DNA from: Escherichia coli | Lineage (GTDB): Bacteria; Pseudomonadota; Gammaproteobacteria; Enterobacterales; Enterobacteriaceae | NCBI RefSeq assembly: GCF_030384885.1 | Contig: NZ_CP128613.1 | Reading direction: 5' to 3' (one strand) | Length of the DNA stretch: 64,000 nucleotides | Made by a program: the position numbers and the translations under genes | The notes under the pieces: model-generated | The model's input: the letters and a program-made list of their open reading frames with translations, nothing else | What the model was told of the DNA's origin: nothing | Databases searched by the model: none | In this document: one piece after another, positions 26,762 through 38,503 of the stretch | How positions within the stretch are numbered: position 1 is the stretch's first letter | How the letters are laid out: every line of letters begins with the position of its first letter

Positions 26762-27217
26762 TCATTCGCTACGGCGGGCAATAATTTTTAGCGCAGCAAT
26801 ATTATGCGTTTTACGCCGTAACTGATCCAACCGTCTCATCCCTATTCGCCTGTCAGCGGCACGCAGAATATTCACTAACCCCCATTTATCGCTGGTAAAT
26901 TGTTTCGTTAACAGCTCCGCTTTTGGGGTATCAATATATTCACGCAATAAATCAGAAATTGAACAAATATCCGTCAGATAAGGATACCAGCAAGTTTCAC
27001 CATGAAAATTACGCACTCCACCATTGCCTGCCATAAAGTCTTTTGGGTAATCCCAGATCACGTCTTTATCCAACGTGATCCAATAACGCGGTAAATCGGT
27101 GCTTCCACCATTTTGGCTGCGCATGGGATAACGGGTACAGTGAATTTGCAGGTTGATCGTTGGCGTCAGTAAGTCATAAATCTCCCTCTGTAACTTGCTC
27201 CAGGGGCGTTGTGTCAT
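26762..27217 (-). CDS. Hypothetical cytoplasmic protein, 151 aa, unassigned family
   Basis: [35 protein letters not shown]...; no signal peptide or TM segment; its ATG (27215-27217) overlaps the stop of the upstream ORF as ATGA. Confidence 0.6.
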   Translation of the reverse strand: MTQRPWSKLQREIYDLLTPTINLQIHCTRYPMRSQNGGSTDLPRYWITLDKDVIWDYPKDFMAGNGGVRNFHGETCWYPYLTDICSISDLLREYIDTPKAELLTKQFTSDKWGLVNILRAADRRIGMRRLDQLRRKTHNIAALKIIARRSE

Positions 27218-29493
27218 TGTTTTTCCTCAAGCCGATTACGCGCTTCACTGCGAATTTGCCGCGTTGCCCCGGTTTTCACTAAATCACGTAACTGCGAAAG
27301 ATCGGGCTGATCGACAAATAAGATTAATGATGGATCCTCTTTTAACCACGCCGTTTTCACATCGGCAGCCAACTGTGGATTATTAATAGCCAGCGCCCGA
27401 TCCTGTGACTCAGTCAATGTCGTTAACAAAGAGGCTGGGGTATGTACATTGCGCAACGCCGTCTGCCGCAAATGATCATTGTGACTTTTCAGCAATCCGC
27501 ACCACCATTCATCATCTGATTTATCTTTTATCGTATCCAGCTCCGCAAAAATATCGCTTTCCTCATGATTCCAGCGGTGTAATCCTCTTTCACTTTGTCT
27601 ACGGGTGCTATTTTTCATACTGACAATAGACAACGCCCAGTCGGAGTTAAAACGATACTGTTGATCGAGTTTGTTGATAATTCCGGAGGGTAAATCTTTA
27701 TTATCAAATAACTGGTTTCGCATCCGATAGCGGTATTCAGCAGGTAAATAAACCAGTAAATCGATAGCATTATTAAGCATCTCTTCGTCAATAATACCAT
27801 TATCAATCAGCGCCAGCTGTACTTCGTAGGCTTGCTCTTGATCTTCTTGCCGTTTACTCATCATTAATTTTAAGGTGTGTTGCCATAATTGTTTCTTATA
27901 CTCCAGAGGTAACAATTTATCGCGTGCCAGCTCATACCAGATGCTGGGAATGTCATGCTGATTCAGTAGATAACTAATCACTTCCTTCGAGGTCAGATAA
28001 CGCATGCCGTCACGTAAGTTGTGCACATCTTCTTTTGCCAAAGTCAGTTGACGCGACTCCGGCAAAGCGACCAATAACGCCTTCACGATATTTTTATTTT
28101 CTTTATTATCCAGATACATTTGTTCTGCGATACGTTCAACATCCTCTGTCCTCAGGGTCGCTGACAGTTGGGTGATTTTTAGTTCAGTAAGCGTCCGGGC
28201 TAATGCTTGACGAACTTTCAGCGATTTATCTTTACTCAACAACACCGCTTGTTGTGCGGTTAAATCGGTTCCGGTAATTCTTTCGCGTAACTCCGGATCT
28301 TCGCTATTTATCAATTCATCAACCACTGCAGTTGGAACCAGCCAGGCGTAATCGTAATGGCTGATTAATGTCTTGCGCACACTGAGAAAAGGGCTTTGAC
28401 TTAACGACACAACAATATCAGGAGAAAGATTATCCTGTCTGGCCTGCTCCAGCTGTACGCTCTCGACGGGTACAGACATTAATTTTTTATTCACTTCGGC
28501 GGATATATTGCTGTTTTTAACCAGTCCTCTGGCAACAGCTTCATCTTTAATTAATTCATCGGTAAGCAAATGCATGTGTTGAGCAGGCCAGGACTGCGCC
28601 ATTGATTCACGCGTCTGGTCATCAGGGTGCTGTAACAATTGCAGCATAACGGCGGTTGACAAACTTTCTATATGAGTCAGAAAACGTGCCACCAGTGGAT
28701 CTTCATGCTTTATTTTATCCGCAAGGAAATTATCGAGTTTCCCCGTTTCAATCCATTGTAATTTCTCATTAATTTCAGAAGCAGCTTTATCTCGAAAAAG
28801 AGGTAAACCCTGAACGATATTGTCTACGACGCTATCATAGTCAGGATACGCATTGGAAATATTATCGGTTTCGATTTCACTATGATCATAAAGATTAGGC
28901 GTCACCAGTGAATAGGATTTTTGAATATTCTCGTCCCAGTTATATTCTTCACCGCTTTCATCTTCATTGATATAAAACTCAGCTTTGATGACCTCAAATT
29001 GCGTTGCTTTATCGGAAACAATAATGCCTCGCGCGCTAATTCCTTTCATCACTTCAAAGTTGTGATCATTATAATCAGCATAAACCAAACCTTTCGCTGT
29101 CATCTGACCTTTCACATACGCGAAATCATGATTAATAAAGTTGTCGACAATAACATTACCTAATACAATCAGATGACCATTACCTGACAGATAATCATCA
29201 TAATCGCCGGAAATCGTTAAATTACCGTTCACCACCAGTTTATTTTGATTGCTGAAGTTAGCGGGTAATGATAGGTCACCATTATGATAATACCAGCGGA
29301 TATTATCTTTTAGCATATAAGCAGCTTCCATACTATCGTTGGTTGCCGCTTTAACCACGTTGCGCTCATCTGCCGTCATAAGATGAAAGTCAGAGGTGAT
29401 AAGGTCCTCGCTACTGATCCACTCTATGGCACATGCATTGCCAGTCATAAAAAACACGACCATACAGATGACCAATATATTAATTCTATTCAT
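27214..29493 (-). CDS. Hypothetical exported repeat protein, ~759 aa, unassigned family
   Basis: Long uninterrupted ORF; ATG at 29491-29493 gives [22 protein letters not shown], a Sec-type signal with an AXA-like cleavage site (an in-frame GTG lies 3 codons upstream at 29502). Coding DNA is visibly AT-rich compared with neighbours. Confidence 0.8.
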   Translation of the reverse strand: MNRINILVICMVVFFMTGNACAIEWISSEDLITSDFHLMTADERNVVKAATNDSMEAAYMLKDNIRWYYHNGDLSLPANFSNQNKLVVNGNLTISGDYDDYLSGNGHLIVLGNVIVDNFINHDFAYVKGQMTAKGLVYADYNDHNFEVMKGISARGIIVSDKATQFEVIKAEFYINEDESGEEYNWDENIQKSYSLVTPNLYDHSEIETDNISNAYPDYDSVVDNIVQGLPLFRDKAASEINEKLQWIETGKLDNFLADKIKHEDPLVARFLTHIESLSTAVMLQLLQHPDDQTRESMAQSWPAQHMHLLTDELIKDEAVARGLVKNSNISAEVNKKLMSVPVESVQLEQARQDNLSPDIVVSLSQSPFLSVRKTLISHYDYAWLVPTAVVDELINSEDPELRERITGTDLTAQQAVLLSKDKSLKVRQALARTLTELKITQLSATLRTEDVERIAEQMYLDNKENKNIVKALLVALPESRQLTLAKEDVHNLRDGMRYLTSKEVISYLLNQHDIPSIWYELARDKLLPLEYKKQLWQHTLKLMMSKRQEDQEQAYEVQLALIDNGIIDEEMLNNAIDLLVYLPAEYRYRMRNQLFDNKDLPSGIINKLDQQYRFNSDWALSIVSMKNSTRRQSERGLHRWNHEESDIFAELDTIKDKSDDEWWCGLLKSHNDHLRQTALRNVHTPASLLTTLTESQDRALAINNPQLAADVKTAWLKEDPSLILFVDQPDLSQLRDLVKTGATRQIRSEARNRLEEKQ

Positions 29494-29636
29494 AATCTTC
29501 ACTGATATTTATATCAACCTTGATGAATTATGAATATATCGGAAATCGAAAAAATCGCAGCAAAGGAAATATTATTATGGGTTAAAGAGAGGATATTTCA
29601 GAAAAATGCCCTCCCGTTCAAGGGGAAGGCGGGGAA

Positions 29637-29921
29637 TTACAGATAGCGGCACAGATAAGAGGTAGGTTCGGCAACTTGCAGATGAAACTCACTGTGACCG
29701 GGAACATGAAATACCGAACCGGCTTCGTACACTTGCCAGTCGGTCGCGTCAGGCAGTAACACATTCAGCGCGCCACTGATTACCGTCATCTCTTCCGGTT
29801 CAGCGGTGCTGAAGGTGTATTCGCCTTCAACCATAACACCTACGCTGGCGCGGCCAGTGCTACTGCTGGAAAAGCCGATCGATTTCACTTTGCCGGAAAA
29901 GTACTCATTACTTTGAAGCAT
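29637..29921 (-). CDS. ppnP: Pyrimidine/purine nucleoside phosphorylase PpnP (YaiE)
   Basis: 94-aa [40 protein letters not shown]... Confidence 0.92.
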   Translation of the reverse strand: MLQSNEYFSGKVKSIGFSSSSTGRASVGVMVEGEYTFSTAEPEEMTVISGALNVLLPDATDWQVYEAGSVFHVPGHSEFHLQVAEPTSYLCRYL

Positions 29922-29992
29922 AAACTGGCCCTGTCTGGTAGTTGAACATCTACTTCACTATAGGGGCCAGAGGCGCTGGCTGTCACGCAAAA

Positions 29993-30670
29993 TTACACCA
30001 GTAATTCCGCAGCTAGCCGTGCAATCAATACGTTAGAGAGCAAGACAGGAACATCGAGCTGTTTTTGCAGTAAATCGCGATGACGTTGGTTAAATCCCAA
30101 ACAATCCAGCATGATGACATCAGCCCCTTTTGCCAGTAATTCTTTCCCGGCATCAATGATTTTTTGTTCCGAATCATGAATGGGGTTACCCAATGAAAAT
30201 ACTGGCGGTTTCTGCAAAATTTGCCATTTTTGCGCCTGAACGGGCAGCATCTCCTCAACCGGAACGATAACCCCCACCTGATGATCTTCAACAATAGAGG
30301 AAACCAGCGGTGGCAATATTCGCGACGGATCAAGAAAGATCGTATTACGCGCGGTCATACTCCTAATGTTTGCCGTACTCATTAATATAATGACGTCGTA
30401 ACCCTGATTATCGAGCACTTCAACCACACCTTGCAGGTCTCGCTCCACTTTGCGACGCGAAACATGGGCCAGCTGGTTGTCATTTAATAATGTGAGAATT
30501 GTGTCTTCGCCTGCTTCTGGCGCGTACTCCGCCATCACTTCTTCGCGGCTTAACTTCCCCAGCAGGCTATGATGGGAAATATTATCTTCGTCAATGTATT
30601 CTGTCAGGAGCGGCAAAACTTCCTGCATAGGTACAATGCCGATGGTCAGGATCGCCAACGACGCACTCAT
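29993..30670 (-). CDS. aroM: Protein AroM
   Basis: 225-aa [33 protein letters not shown]... Confidence 0.9.
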   Translation of the reverse strand: MSASLAILTIGIVPMQEVLPLLTEYIDEDNISHHSLLGKLSREEVMAEYAPEAGEDTILTLLNDNQLAHVSRRKVERDLQGVVEVLDNQGYDVIILMSTANIRSMTARNTIFLDPSRILPPLVSSIVEDHQVGVIVPVEEMLPVQAQKWQILQKPPVFSLGNPIHDSEQKIIDAGKELLAKGADVIMLDCLGFNQRHRDLLQKQLDVPVLLSNVLIARLAAELLV

Positions 30671-30927
30671 TGTTCTTCCACCTTACTTTTATTTCGTCGT
30701 TAATTACCGGGCAAGCGCTAAGCACCACTGCCGACACTTACCTGTGCTACAAATGACAAAAAGCGTAGCAGCAGACCTGCACGGCATAATGTAAAGATTC
30801 CAAATGATTCCAGTAATGGATTGTTATTGTTTAATATTCTAATTATTTGAAAAACATGAATTGTGAAAAATGTGACGCAGATCCCTTGTGGTGGCACTCA
30901 GAATCCCTTCCGAGCAGTCTGATGCGG

Positions 30928-31128
<201 letters not shown>

Positions 31129-31168
31129 TTATTTCACGGGATGAACGTTAAGTATAGGCGCTCGAAAA

Positions 31169-31693
31169 TCAACAATTGATCGTCTGTGCCAGGGCGCTGC
31201 GAATTTCAGAAATCACCTGGCTGGGTTCGTTTGTTGCGTCGATGATAATATGCGCAACTTCGCGATATAGCGCATCGCGTTCTTCCAGCACTTCCTGAAC
31301 TTCTTCGCTCAGCGGTTTCCCCGTTAAGGTTGGCCGTAAATCTTCTTCCGGTGCAGCTTGCAGTCGGTTAACCAGGACTGATACTGGCGCACACAAATAA
31401 ACCACGATCCCGTTATTTTGCATAAAGTGACGATTAAATTCCGTCAGGATAATGCCGCCGCCCGTGGCGATAACGGTGGATGGCGCAGTTACCGCTTCCA
31501 ACGCCGCCGTTTCTCTGGCGCGGAATCCCGCCCACTCTTCCCTTTCGACGATCTCCGCGACCGTCATATTGAGCTGTGATTGCAACCACTGGTCGGTATC
31601 GACAAATCGACGGTTAAGCGAATCGGCAAGGGCCATTCCGACCGTTGTTTTACCACAGCCCCGAGGCCCGATCAGAAAAAGAGGTTGTGTCAT
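31169..31693 (-). CDS. aroL: Shikimate kinase 2
   Basis: 174-aa [26 protein letters not shown]... with P-loop. Confidence 0.95.
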
Positions 31694-31856
31694 CGTGGGT
31701 TTTCCCCAATAGGTCGCAATGCGGCGAAAGCCGGTGTCATGAGAATAGCGATCATACCATCAAACTAGTACAATTTCGATTGTAAAGAAAAAATTCCACT
31801 TAAAGTGAAAATTTTAATACATCCCTTACTATACCAATAAATTTTCAAGAATGAAG

Positions 31857-31874
31857 TGTAAATAATAAATTACA
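31857..31874 (-). promoter_or_regulatory. Candidate TyrR box upstream of aroL
   Basis: TGTAAATAATAAATTACA resembles the TyrR box TGTAAA-N6-TTTACA; aroL is a TyrR-regulon gene (from memory). A weaker TGTAAA-N6-like site lies near 31781. Confidence 0.35.
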
Positions 31875-31875
31875 T

Positions 31876-32334
31876 TCAGCCACGACTACGTTGCACTTCC
31901 AGCCACCACTTCTCCAGCTCCGCGGCAAAGGCCTGGCGGTCACGTTGTGAAAGGCTATCTGGTCCCCCGGTCTGGATCCCACTGGCGCGTAAGGTATCCA
32001 TAAAATCGCGCATCGTCAGGCGCTCACGAATGGTCGCTGGTGTGTAACGTTCGCCGCGTGGATTAAGCGCCGCAGCGCCTTTCTCGATGGCTTCAGCAGC
32101 CAAAGGAATATCTGCGGTGATCACCAAATCGCCCGCTTCACTCTGCCGGACAATTTCGTTATCGGCAACGTCGAAACCTGCCGCGACACGCAGCGTACGA
32201 ATAAATCGCGAAGGCGGTACGCGTAAATTCTGGTTTGCTACCAGTACCAGCGGCATCTGCATACGTTCAGCCGCGCGATACAAAATCTCTTTAATTACAT
32301 TGGGACACGCGTCGGCATCCACCCAAATTGTCAT
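31876..32334 (-). CDS. yaiI: UPF0178-family protein YaiI
   Basis: 152 aa from ATG 32332-32334, [24 protein letters not shown]...; the track ORF is longer. Confidence 0.88.
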   Translation of the reverse strand: MTIWVDADACPNVIKEILYRAAERMQMPLVLVANQNLRVPPSRFIRTLRVAAGFDVADNEIVRQSEAGDLVITADIPLAAEAIEKGAAALNPRGERYTPATIRERLTMRDFMDTLRASGIQTGGPDSLSQRDRQAFAAELEKWWLEVQRSRG

Positions 32335-32453
32335 AAAGTCATCCTTTGTTGGGTAATTCTCTATTGTGTCGCGCTTTTGCCTTCCGGCATAGTTCTGTTT
32401 ATGCTTCTGCCAGCGATTATCAAAACAATGAATTTCACGGCAGGAGTGAGGCA

Positions 32454-33263
32454 ATGGAAAAGAAAATCGGTTTTATTGGCTGCGGCAATATGGGAAAAGC
32501 CATTCTCGGCGGTCTGATTGCCAGCGGTCAGGTGCTTCCAGGGCAAATCTGGGTATATACCCCCTCCCCGGATAACGTCGCCGCCCTGCATGACCAGTTC
32601 GGCATCAACGCCGCAGAATCGGCGCAAGAAGTGGCGCAAATCGCCGACATCATTTTCGCCGCCGTTAAACCGGGCATCATGATTAAAGTGCTTAGCGAAA
32701 TCACCTCCAGCCTGAATAAAGACTCTCTGGTCGTTTCTATTGCTGCGGGTGTCACGCTCGACCAGCTTGCCCGCGCGCTGGGCCATGACCGGAAAATTAT
32801 CCGCGCCATGCCGAACACTCCCGCACTGGTTAATGCCGGGATGACCTCCGTAACGCCAAACGCGCTGGTAACCCCAGAAGATACCGCTGATGTGCTGAAT
32901 ATTTTCCGCTGCTTTGGCGAAGCGGAAGTAATTGCCGAGCCGATGATCCACCCGGTGGTCGGTGTGAGCGGTTCTTCGCCAGCCTACGTCTTTATGTTTA
33001 TCGAGGCGATGGCCGACGCCGCCGTGCTGGGCGGGATGCCACGCGCCCAGGCGTATAAATTTGCCGCTCAGGCGGTAATGGGTTCCGCAAAAATGGTGCT
33101 GGAAACGGGAGAACATCCGGGGGCACTGAAAGATATGGTCTGCTCACCGGGAGGCACCACCATTGAGGCGGTACGCGTACTGGAAGAGAAAGGCTTCCGT
33201 GCCGCAGTGATCGAAGCGATGACGAAGTGTATGGAAAAATCAGAAAAACTCAGCAAATCCTGA
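32454..33263 (+). CDS. proC: Pyrroline-5-carboxylate reductase
   Basis: 269 aa from ATG 32454, [21 protein letters not shown]... Rossmann motif. Confidence 0.95.
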   Translation: MEKKIGFIGCGNMGKAILGGLIASGQVLPGQIWVYTPSPDNVAALHDQFGINAAESAQEVAQIADIIFAAVKPGIMIKVLSEITSSLNKDSLVVSIAAGVTLDQLARALGHDRKIIRAMPNTPALVNAGMTSVTPNALVTPEDTADVLNIFRCFGEAEVIAEPMIHPVVGVSGSSPAYVFMFIEAMADAAVLGGMPRAQAYKFAAQAVMGSAKMVLETGEHPGALKDMVCSPGGTTIEAVRVLEEKGFRAAVIEAMTKCMEKSEKLSKS

Positions 33264-33279
33264 TGACTTTCGCCGGACG

Positions 33280-34395
33280 TCAGGCCGCCACTTCGGTGCG
33301 GTTACGTCCGGCTTTCTTTGCTTTGTAGAGCGCCAAATCTGCCGATTTCAACCACTCCCGATAGTGACTCATTTGTGGATTCAGCGGCGCGACACCCACA
33401 CTAATCCGTAACATCACCTGCGGTGTATTCGGCAAACGTAACGTATTTAGCCCTTCATGTACCCGTAACATGGCGGTAATGGCGCTCTCAGCTGGCGTAC
33501 CGGACATGATCACCGCAAACTCATCGCCACCAAACCGACCAATCACATCGCTACCGCGCAGGGTAATTTGTAATTGTCGGGTAAGCGCCACAATCGCTTC
33601 ATCGCCCACATCATGGCCCCAGGTATCGTTGATGCTCTTGAAATGGTCGATATCGATAATCAGTAACGTCGCATCGCGGTTATGCCGCCGACAGTTATCA
33701 AATTCATTGCGTAACATAGTTTCCCAATGACGTCGGTTATACACGCCCGTCATACCGTCGCGGGTACTCATGACCTGCAATCGGCGTTTATGTTCCGCCA
33801 GTTTAGTCGCCGTCTGGTAGCTGACCCAACCAAACAGCAGAGGATAAATGACGATAATGGGAAGGGAGAGCCACCATTCCAGCGGCGCACTATTGAACGA
33901 CACGGTGATACCCGTCAGTTCGAGGGTGACAAGGCAGGAAACCACCATCAACACCAGACCCGCGACAAACAGACGGGGGCCGCCTGCCCCCATCAAATTC
34001 AGACACATAATCATCAACATCGCGGTGGAAGGCAGCACGTTTACGCCCATTACGCCTACCCACATTCCCGCTAATACTGCATCGGTTTTTAAGTTATAAA
34101 TTTCCCGGCTAAGCGGATCGACAGCCCTACTCGCAATCTGCCAGGCTAAATGCGGCCAGACGAACGCCCAGCCGACCAACACCAGCCACCACCAGCCCGG
34201 CGGCGGGTGCGAAACCAGCGTTGAAGCAATCGGTAAGAACATGCCAGCCAGGCCAACCGCGCGGGGTAGTCTGACGCGACGGGCGAAGCGCAGCCCGGAC
34301 CGCTGATGTTCGTTTTGAGGAGTTAAAGGAGGTTCCTCCCCATGCGCCGCCGCTTTTTTGAAAAAGTTTTCATCATTCATTATTTTTGGGAACAT
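33280..34395 (-). CDS. dgcC: Diguanylate cyclase (AdrA/YaiC)
   Basis: 371-aa ORF with N-terminal membrane MASE-like segments and C-terminal GGDEF motif RFGGDEFAVIM. Confidence 0.92.
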   Translation of the reverse strand: MFPKIMNDENFFKKAAAHGEEPPLTPQNEHQRSGLRFARRVRLPRAVGLAGMFLPIASTLVSHPPPGWWWLVLVGWAFVWPHLAWQIASRAVDPLSREIYNLKTDAVLAGMWVGVMGVNVLPSTAMLMIMCLNLMGAGGPRLFVAGLVLMVVSCLVTLELTGITVSFNSAPLEWWLSLPIIVIYPLLFGWVSYQTATKLAEHKRRLQVMSTRDGMTGVYNRRHWETMLRNEFDNCRRHNRDATLLIIDIDHFKSINDTWGHDVGDEAIVALTRQLQITLRGSDVIGRFGGDEFAVIMSGTPAESAITAMLRVHEGLNTLRLPNTPQVMLRISVGVAPLNPQMSHYREWLKSADLALYKAKKAGRNRTEVAA

Positions 34396-34496
34396 TCAGA
34401 AACAATTTTCCCAAATTATAGAGACGGGGCTAAAGGCAGAAGTATGAAATTTCGGGTGAGCCATTTTCGTAGCTCACCCGTTAGCACTATCAGGTA

Positions 34497-34817
34497 TCAG
34501 GCGGCTTTCTTGAGGCAGGCGCTCATAAACTTATTACGATCATCACCTTTCAGAGATTGTTGCGTTGCTTGATTATTACATTCGCGCATCTTTTGCTGCT
34601 GTGGCGTCAAACTTTTTTCACCAGGCGCAGACTTGCTGTTCTTCAGGCAATCACTCATGTAGGTCTTACGAGCATCCCCTTTCAACGCCTGCGCCGTCGC
34701 CTGCTGATTACAGGAGGTCATACGCTGTTGTTGCGGGGTTAAGGTTCTCTCGGCAGCGCCGACGGTGGTTAAAAAAACCAGTCCGAAAAGCAAGGTAACC
34801 AGTAATGTTATTTTCAT
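34497..34817 (-). CDS. psiF: Phosphate-starvation-inducible protein PsiF
   Basis: 106 aa from ATG 34815-34817, MKITLLVTLLFGLVFLTTVGAA signal; duplicated C-x-N-Q-A-T-Q...KGD motif; directly downstream of phoA. Confidence 0.9.
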   Translation of the reverse strand: MKITLLVTLLFGLVFLTTVGAAERTLTPQQQRMTSCNQQATAQALKGDARKTYMSDCLKNSKSAPGEKSLTPQQQKMRECNNQATQQSLKGDDRNKFMSACLKKAA

Positions 34818-34935
34818 AGCACCATCCCTCTTCATGTTTTAACCATGAGCGTTTGCGCCCGTGATCTGCCATTAAGTCTGGTTGCTAACCGCAAAAAAAC
34901 CACCCGGCAGCGAAATTTCACCGCCGGGCGAGGTT

Positions 34936-36351
34936 TTATTTCAGCCCCAGGGCGGCTTTCATGGTGTAGAAGAGATCGGTCTGGTCGGTCAGTCCAACGA
35001 CATTGGCGGCATGTGGGCCATACGCCGCAATACGCAGCTGACTACCGGTATGTTCTTGTGAATCCTCTTCGGAGTTCCCGTAACTCATCACCATCACTGC
35101 GCCATCTTTGGTATTTAGCGCCTGGGTGAGGCCCGGCGCTTTGGTGTCCGGCGCGACAATCTGGCTGGCGTGGGCGTGATCAGCGGTGACTATGACCAGC
35201 GTGTTGCCATCCTTTTTAGCGAATTCCAGCGCCCGTTGTACGGCTTCGTCGAGATCGACCGTCTCGCCAATTTGCCCACAAGGATTCGCCGCGTGATCCT
35301 GTTTATCGATTGATGCACCTTCAACTTGCAGGAAAAAGCCTTTCTCATTTTTACTCAACAATTCAATGGCTTTATCAGTCATCTGCGCCAGGGTCGGTAC
35401 GCTGTCATTACGTTGCGGATTAGGCGTACAGGTAACTGCGGGCTTGTCGATATTGCCGTGGTACGTTGCTTTCGGTCCTTGCCAGCGCACTGGCATATTG
35501 CCGTCAGCAAACAGTCCTAGCAGGGGTTTTTGCTGGTTCGCTTCCGTCACCGCATTCAGTGAGGCAGCATCGCTCACCAACTGATAACCACGCGCCTGCG
35601 CCTGTTCACGCAGCGTTTTTCCCTGCCATTCACCGGCGGTTGCCGTTTCCGCAAAGGTTTTTGCGCCGCCGCCAAGCGTAACATCGGCACGGGCGTTAAG
35701 CAGCTGTTCGGTAATCGATCCTTTTCCGCCTTTTTCCAGCGCGTTACCCGGACATTTTTCACTGGTCGCGCTCGGACCGTAGCATTTGCGCGAAGTCACA
35801 TGCGCCACCAACGCGGCGGGAGTGGCATCCTGCAACTCTGCGGTAGAAACGTTACCGGTCGCCAGCCCTGCGGCTTTTGCCATTTCCAGAATCGTTGGGT
35901 GATCTTTTTCATGAATATCGACACCCAATGCGCCGTTATAGGTTTTGACACCGGTTGACCAGGCAGTTGCTGATGCAGCCGAGTCGGTAACGTAGTCCGG
36001 TTTGCCGGTTTTTTTATTCAGCGCATAGTGAGTGTATTGCCCGGTAAGCGGTAAGGCATCAATACCTTTAAAAAAGCCGCCCGCACCTTCGGCATAATTA
36101 CGTGCGGCAGTAATTTCCGAATCCCCCATCCCATCGCCAATCAGCAAAATAATATTTTTTGCAGGCTTATCGCTAAGAGAATCACGCAGAGCGGCGCTCT
36201 GATCACCCGTTAAGCGGCGAGCACCGCCGGGTGCAGTAATATCGCCCTGAGCAGCCCGGTTTTCCAGAATAGGCATTTCTGGTGTCCGGGCTTTTGTCAC
36301 AGGGGTAAACAGTAACGGTAAGAGTGCCAGTGCAATAGTGCTTTGTTTCAC
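34936..36351 (-). CDS. phoA: Alkaline phosphatase
   Basis: 471 aa from GTG at 36349-36351, [21 protein letters not shown] signal; active-site region [12 protein letters not shown]. Confidence 0.96.
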   Translation of the reverse strand: MKQSTIALALLPLLFTPVTKARTPEMPILENRAAQGDITAPGGARRLTGDQSAALRDSLSDKPAKNIILLIGDGMGDSEITAARNYAEGAGGFFKGIDALPLTGQYTHYALNKKTGKPDYVTDSAASATAWSTGVKTYNGALGVDIHEKDHPTILEMAKAAGLATGNVSTAELQDATPAALVAHVTSRKCYGPSATSEKCPGNALEKGGKGSITEQLLNARADVTLGGGAKTFAETATAGEWQGKTLREQAQARGYQLVSDAASLNAVTEANQQKPLLGLFADGNMPVRWQGPKATYHGNIDKPAVTCTPNPQRNDSVPTLAQMTDKAIELLSKNEKGFFLQVEGASIDKQDHAANPCGQIGETVDLDEAVQRALEFAKKDGNTLVIVTADHAHASQIVAPDTKAPGLTQALNTKDGAVMVMSYGNSEEDSQEHTGSQLRIAAYGPHAANVVGLTDQTDLFYTMKAALGLK

Positions 36352-36413
36352 TTTATTTTCTCCATGTACAAATACATTAAAAAATAAAAACAAAGCGACT
36401 ATAAGTCTCAGCC

Positions 36414-36431
36414 GTGACAGCTTTATGACAG
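36414..36431 (-). promoter_or_regulatory. Pho box of the phoA promoter
   Basis: Minus strand reads CTGTCATAAAGCTGTCAC, an 18-bp Pho box, followed by a TATAGT -10 about 60 bp upstream of the phoA GTG. Confidence 0.85.
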
Positions 36432-36451
36432 CTGTTGAAAAGATTACCTTT

Positions 36452-36712
36452 TTACTGACGAGGATGCTTCAATAACTTCTTTACATAATCGCGCAGCAGC
36501 TCCGTATCGTCGTCAGGAATGCTGGCATCGGGCTTTACCTCGTAAAGTGCCCCCTCAACCTGATCAATCAACCGCTGTTGGTCATTTTGCGCCATATTAC
36601 GAAGCATTGCAGTGACGATAATCTCCAGTGCTTCTACCTGCGCGCACAGTTCTTTCGACTCTTCTTCTTTTTGGGCAAGCTTAAATAACAACTCAGCAAT
36701 GAGATTTTTCAT
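36452..36712 (-). CDS. iraP: Anti-adaptor protein IraP
   Basis: 86-aa [35 protein letters not shown]... Confidence 0.9.
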
Positions 36713-37174
36713 GTCTGTATTTCCTTATCCAAAGTATGGAGAAGTTAACATTATGCTTCACAACTTCATAGTGTCTGGAGGTAGTATTTTTATGACGAAT
36801 GAAATACTTTGCGCAAATATTTTTTCCATATTTATCAGCGAAACGTTTCTCTTATTTAAATAAGTAACCATACAAAGTATAGGTTTTTAATTATCAACCT
36901 TTATTATAAGTAAAAGTTATGAAATATATTCTCTTTGCTAACTTATAATTAAGAGAAAAAAACTCACTGCATGGCCATTTAAACCAGGAATAAATTAGCT
37001 TCCCGTTCATCATTTTTGTGATCTTGCGCACATCTTTGAGATAACGCACTTTCTTCACCAGTACGTTGCACACTTTGTCAGTAGAAGATTGCAACATTCT
37101 GTCAGAAGGCCGCGAATCCCCCGTTTTGTCGTGGTAATGTATGCACTTTGTGTTAGACGGGATAGGTTTTCAAG

Positions 37175-38269
37175 ATGGAAAAACTGCGGGTAGGAATCGT
37201 TTTTGGTGGTAAATCAGCGGAACATGAAGTGTCTTTGCAATCGGCAAAAAACATTGTCGATGCCATTGATAAAAGTCGCTTCGACGTTGTGCTGCTGGGC
37301 ATTGATAAACAAGGGCAATGGCACGTCAGCGATGCCAACAATTATCTGCTAAATGCAGACGATCCTGCCCATATTGCGTTGCGCCCTTCGGCGACCAGTC
37401 TTGCGCAGGTGCCTGGTAAACATGAGCATCAGCTTATCGACGCACAAAACGGTCAGCCATTGCCGACGGTGGATGTCATTTTCCCGATTGTTCACGGTAC
37501 GCTAGGCGAAGATGGTTCCTTGCAGGGAATGCTGCGGGTCGCCAATTTACCGTTTGTGGGTTCTGATGTTTTGGCGTCAGCGGCCTGTATGGATAAAGAT
37601 GTCACCAAACGTCTGCTACGCGATGCCGGGCTGAACATTGCGCCATTTATTACCCTGACACGCACCAATCGTCAAAACATCAGTTTTGCCGAAGTGAAGT
37701 CAAAACTGGGGTTACCGCTGTTTGTAAAACCCGCTAACCAAGGCTCTTCTGTTGGTGTCAGCAAAGTAACCAGTGAAGAAGAGTACGCAATTGCCGTCGA
37801 TCTGGCGTTCGAGTTCGATCATAAAGTGATCGTTGAGCAAGGGATCAAAGGTCGTGAGATCGAATGCGCGGTTCTGGGCAACGACAATCCGCAAGCCAGT
37901 ACCTGTGGCGAGATCGTACTAACCAGCGATTTCTATGCCTACGACACCAAGTACATTGACGAAGATGGCGCGAAAGTGGTGGTTCCGGCAGCCATTACGC
38001 CTGAAATTAACGATAAGATCCGGGCAATTGCCGTTCAGGCTTATCAAACGTTGGGTTGCGCAGGCATGGCGCGTGTAGACGTGTTTTTAACCCCAGAGAA
38101 CGAAGTGGTAATCAACGAGATCAACACACTGCCAGGCTTCACCAACATCAGTATGTATCCGAAGCTGTGGCAAGCCAGCGGTTTGGGTTACACCGACCTG
38201 ATCACACGTCTGATCGAGTTGGCGCTGGAGCGTCACGCTGCGGATAACGCATTGAAAACCACAATGTAA
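37175..38269 (+). CDS. ddlA: D-alanine--D-alanine ligase A
   Basis: 364-aa [36 protein letters not shown]..., ATP-grasp. Confidence 0.95.
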   Translation: MEKLRVGIVFGGKSAEHEVSLQSAKNIVDAIDKSRFDVVLLGIDKQGQWHVSDANNYLLNADDPAHIALRPSATSLAQVPGKHEHQLIDAQNGQPLPTVDVIFPIVHGTLGEDGSLQGMLRVANLPFVGSDVLASAACMDKDVTKRLLRDAGLNIAPFITLTRTNRQNISFAEVKSKLGLPLFVKPANQGSSVGVSKVTSEEEYAIAVDLAFEFDHKVIVEQGIKGREIECAVLGNDNPQASTCGEIVLTSDFYAYDTKYIDEDGAKVVVPAAITPEINDKIRAIAVQAYQTLGCAGMARVDVFLTPENEVVINEINTLPGFTNISMYPKLWQASGLGYTDLITRLIELALERHAADNALKTTM

Positions 38270-38290
38270 TTTTTAAATGCCCAATAACTG

Positions 38291-38503
38291 TTATTGGGCG
38301 TTTTCAGTTTCTTCATCGCGACGACGAATAATCAGCCCCGCGAGCCAGAAACTAATCACCCACGTCACCAGACCAACGGCATAGGTCTGCCAACCTTTTG
38401 CTTCAAATCCCAGTAACCCCACCACGCCATTAAGAATGAATATCAGGCCAATGGCGAACGCATAGTAGTGCCAGTCACGGCGAATTTTTACAGGCAGACT
38501 CAT
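38291..38503 (-). CDS. yaiZ: Small inner-membrane protein YaiZ
   Basis: 70 aa from ATG 38501-38503, MSLPVKIRRDWHYYAFAIGLIFILNGVVGLLGF...; two predicted TM helices. Confidence 0.8.
   Translation of the reverse strand: MSLPVKIRRDWHYYAFAIGLIFILNGVVGLLGFEAKGWQTYAVGLVTWVISFWLAGLIIRRRDEETENAQ

Noticed and set aside
36612-37097. Small ORFs (83 and 67 aa) in the iraP-ddlA intergenic region
   Set aside because: AT-rich divergent promoter region; the ORFs have no Shine-Dalgarno sequence and a low-complexity, Lys/Phe/Ile-rich composition typical of random frames.
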